Origin: the human T2T-CHM13v2.0 reference genome, Homo sapiens
Direction: 5' to 3' (one strand)
Assembly (NCBI RefSeq): GCF_009914755.1
Contig: NC_060944.1
DNA length: 64,000 nt
The position numbers and the translations under genes were made by a program. A model generated the notes under the pieces. It worked only from the letters and a program-made list of their open reading frames with translations, did no database searches and had not been told where the DNA came from. Positions within the stretch are counted from its first letter, which is position 1, and every line of letters starts with the position of its first letter. Of the stretch, positions 63,056-64,000 are shown piece after piece.

Positions 63056-64000
63056 TATCTCATTTAATTCTCACTATACACCTTGGAGGTGCAGGGGATA
63101 GTCTTCTCAATAGAGGTTAAGTAACCTGCCCAAGGTCACCAAGCCTGTGGCATCAGGATTCCAGCTCTGGCTCATAAGCCCATGTCTGTAACTGCTGTTT
63201 CCTGCCCACTCTCAACAGTGGCTAATTGGTGAGGTCCAAGCAAAATGATTATAAAAAGATCCTTTAAGTTGTAAAGTGCCCTGCATGTGGGAGGGATTGA
63301 TACTGCCGTTATTATTTCTACATCCAGAGCAACAGTAGCTTTGGTTATATGGCTTACAGCAAGTTGGAGGTCGTGGGATGTAGCAGCATTGAGTGGGGAG
63401 AGCACTGGACTGTGAGCCAGCAGACTTGAGTCCTAGTCCTGGCTCTCCTTGAAACTGACTAGCCATGTGGCCTTGGCCACTAAGCCGCCTGGGAAATAAG
63501 CTCACCTACTCCGTGTGGCCCTTGTGCAGCTCAAATAAGATAAAGCCCAAAAGACAGCCAGCATGTTGCCCAGCTCTCGGAGGATACCCTGCTAACGGGA
63601 GGTCTCTCTCTGCCTTCTGCATCGTCATCAGGATGGGCCAGGTGGGACGCATGTCTCCGTTTTAATGCTGTTACTCTGCAGTTCTGTGCTGTCACGTGGT
63701 CCCCAGCCCACCACTGCACATCAGCCTGAGGCTCCCTAGTGGCCCGTGAAGCTTTTGGGCAAGAAGCCAAGGCTGATGGGTGGTGGCCTTTTCACATTGT
63801 TTGGTCTAAAGTGGTGTCCGTGGGTACTGCAAACCTCTGACGAATTGCCGTCTCCCCACTGCCATGTACAAATCCAAGCACCAGACAGGATGACTGCAGA
63901 CTCAGCTCCCTTTTTGATCCTTCTTGCCTGGCTGTGAAAGTGGCTTGAGGTCTCAGAGGCAGCTCTCTCAGCCTGTACCCTCCATCCTTTCATTCACGTC

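Overview
Primate, almost certainly human, euchromatic DNA. It is dense in Alu (about 39 copies, J/S/Y plus one FAM), MIR, L2, old L1, MaLR LTR and hAT-Charlie/MER repeats. No long genuine ORF is present; the ORF track is mostly Alu-derived or GC-rich noise. I recognise from memory (not a database search) the 5' multi-promoter region of EPB41L1 (protein 4.1N, chr20q11) on the + strand. Supporting elements are a CpG-island first exon (~55700-55888, donor CAG|GTAGGC), a 55-nt non-coding exon (13416-13470), and a 105-nt exon built from a MIR SINE (26414-26518) encoding MVFLGRINEVEPAKGLAESLAPTERSVK. Several more exon-like cassettes with good splice signals lie between 14.6 and 23.7 kb. Three of these exons join in phase 0 without stops, suggesting a modular alternative N-terminus. 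Other highlights are a polyadenylated U13 snoRNA retrocopy inside an MLT1A LTR, a Charlie transposon split by five Alus, tightly spaced inverted Alus, nested Alus, and an Alu with a fold-back 5' end. I see no CRISPR array, no prokaryotic-type system and no foreign insert. Repeat boundaries and subfamily calls are by eye and approximate (about +/-10-30 nt).
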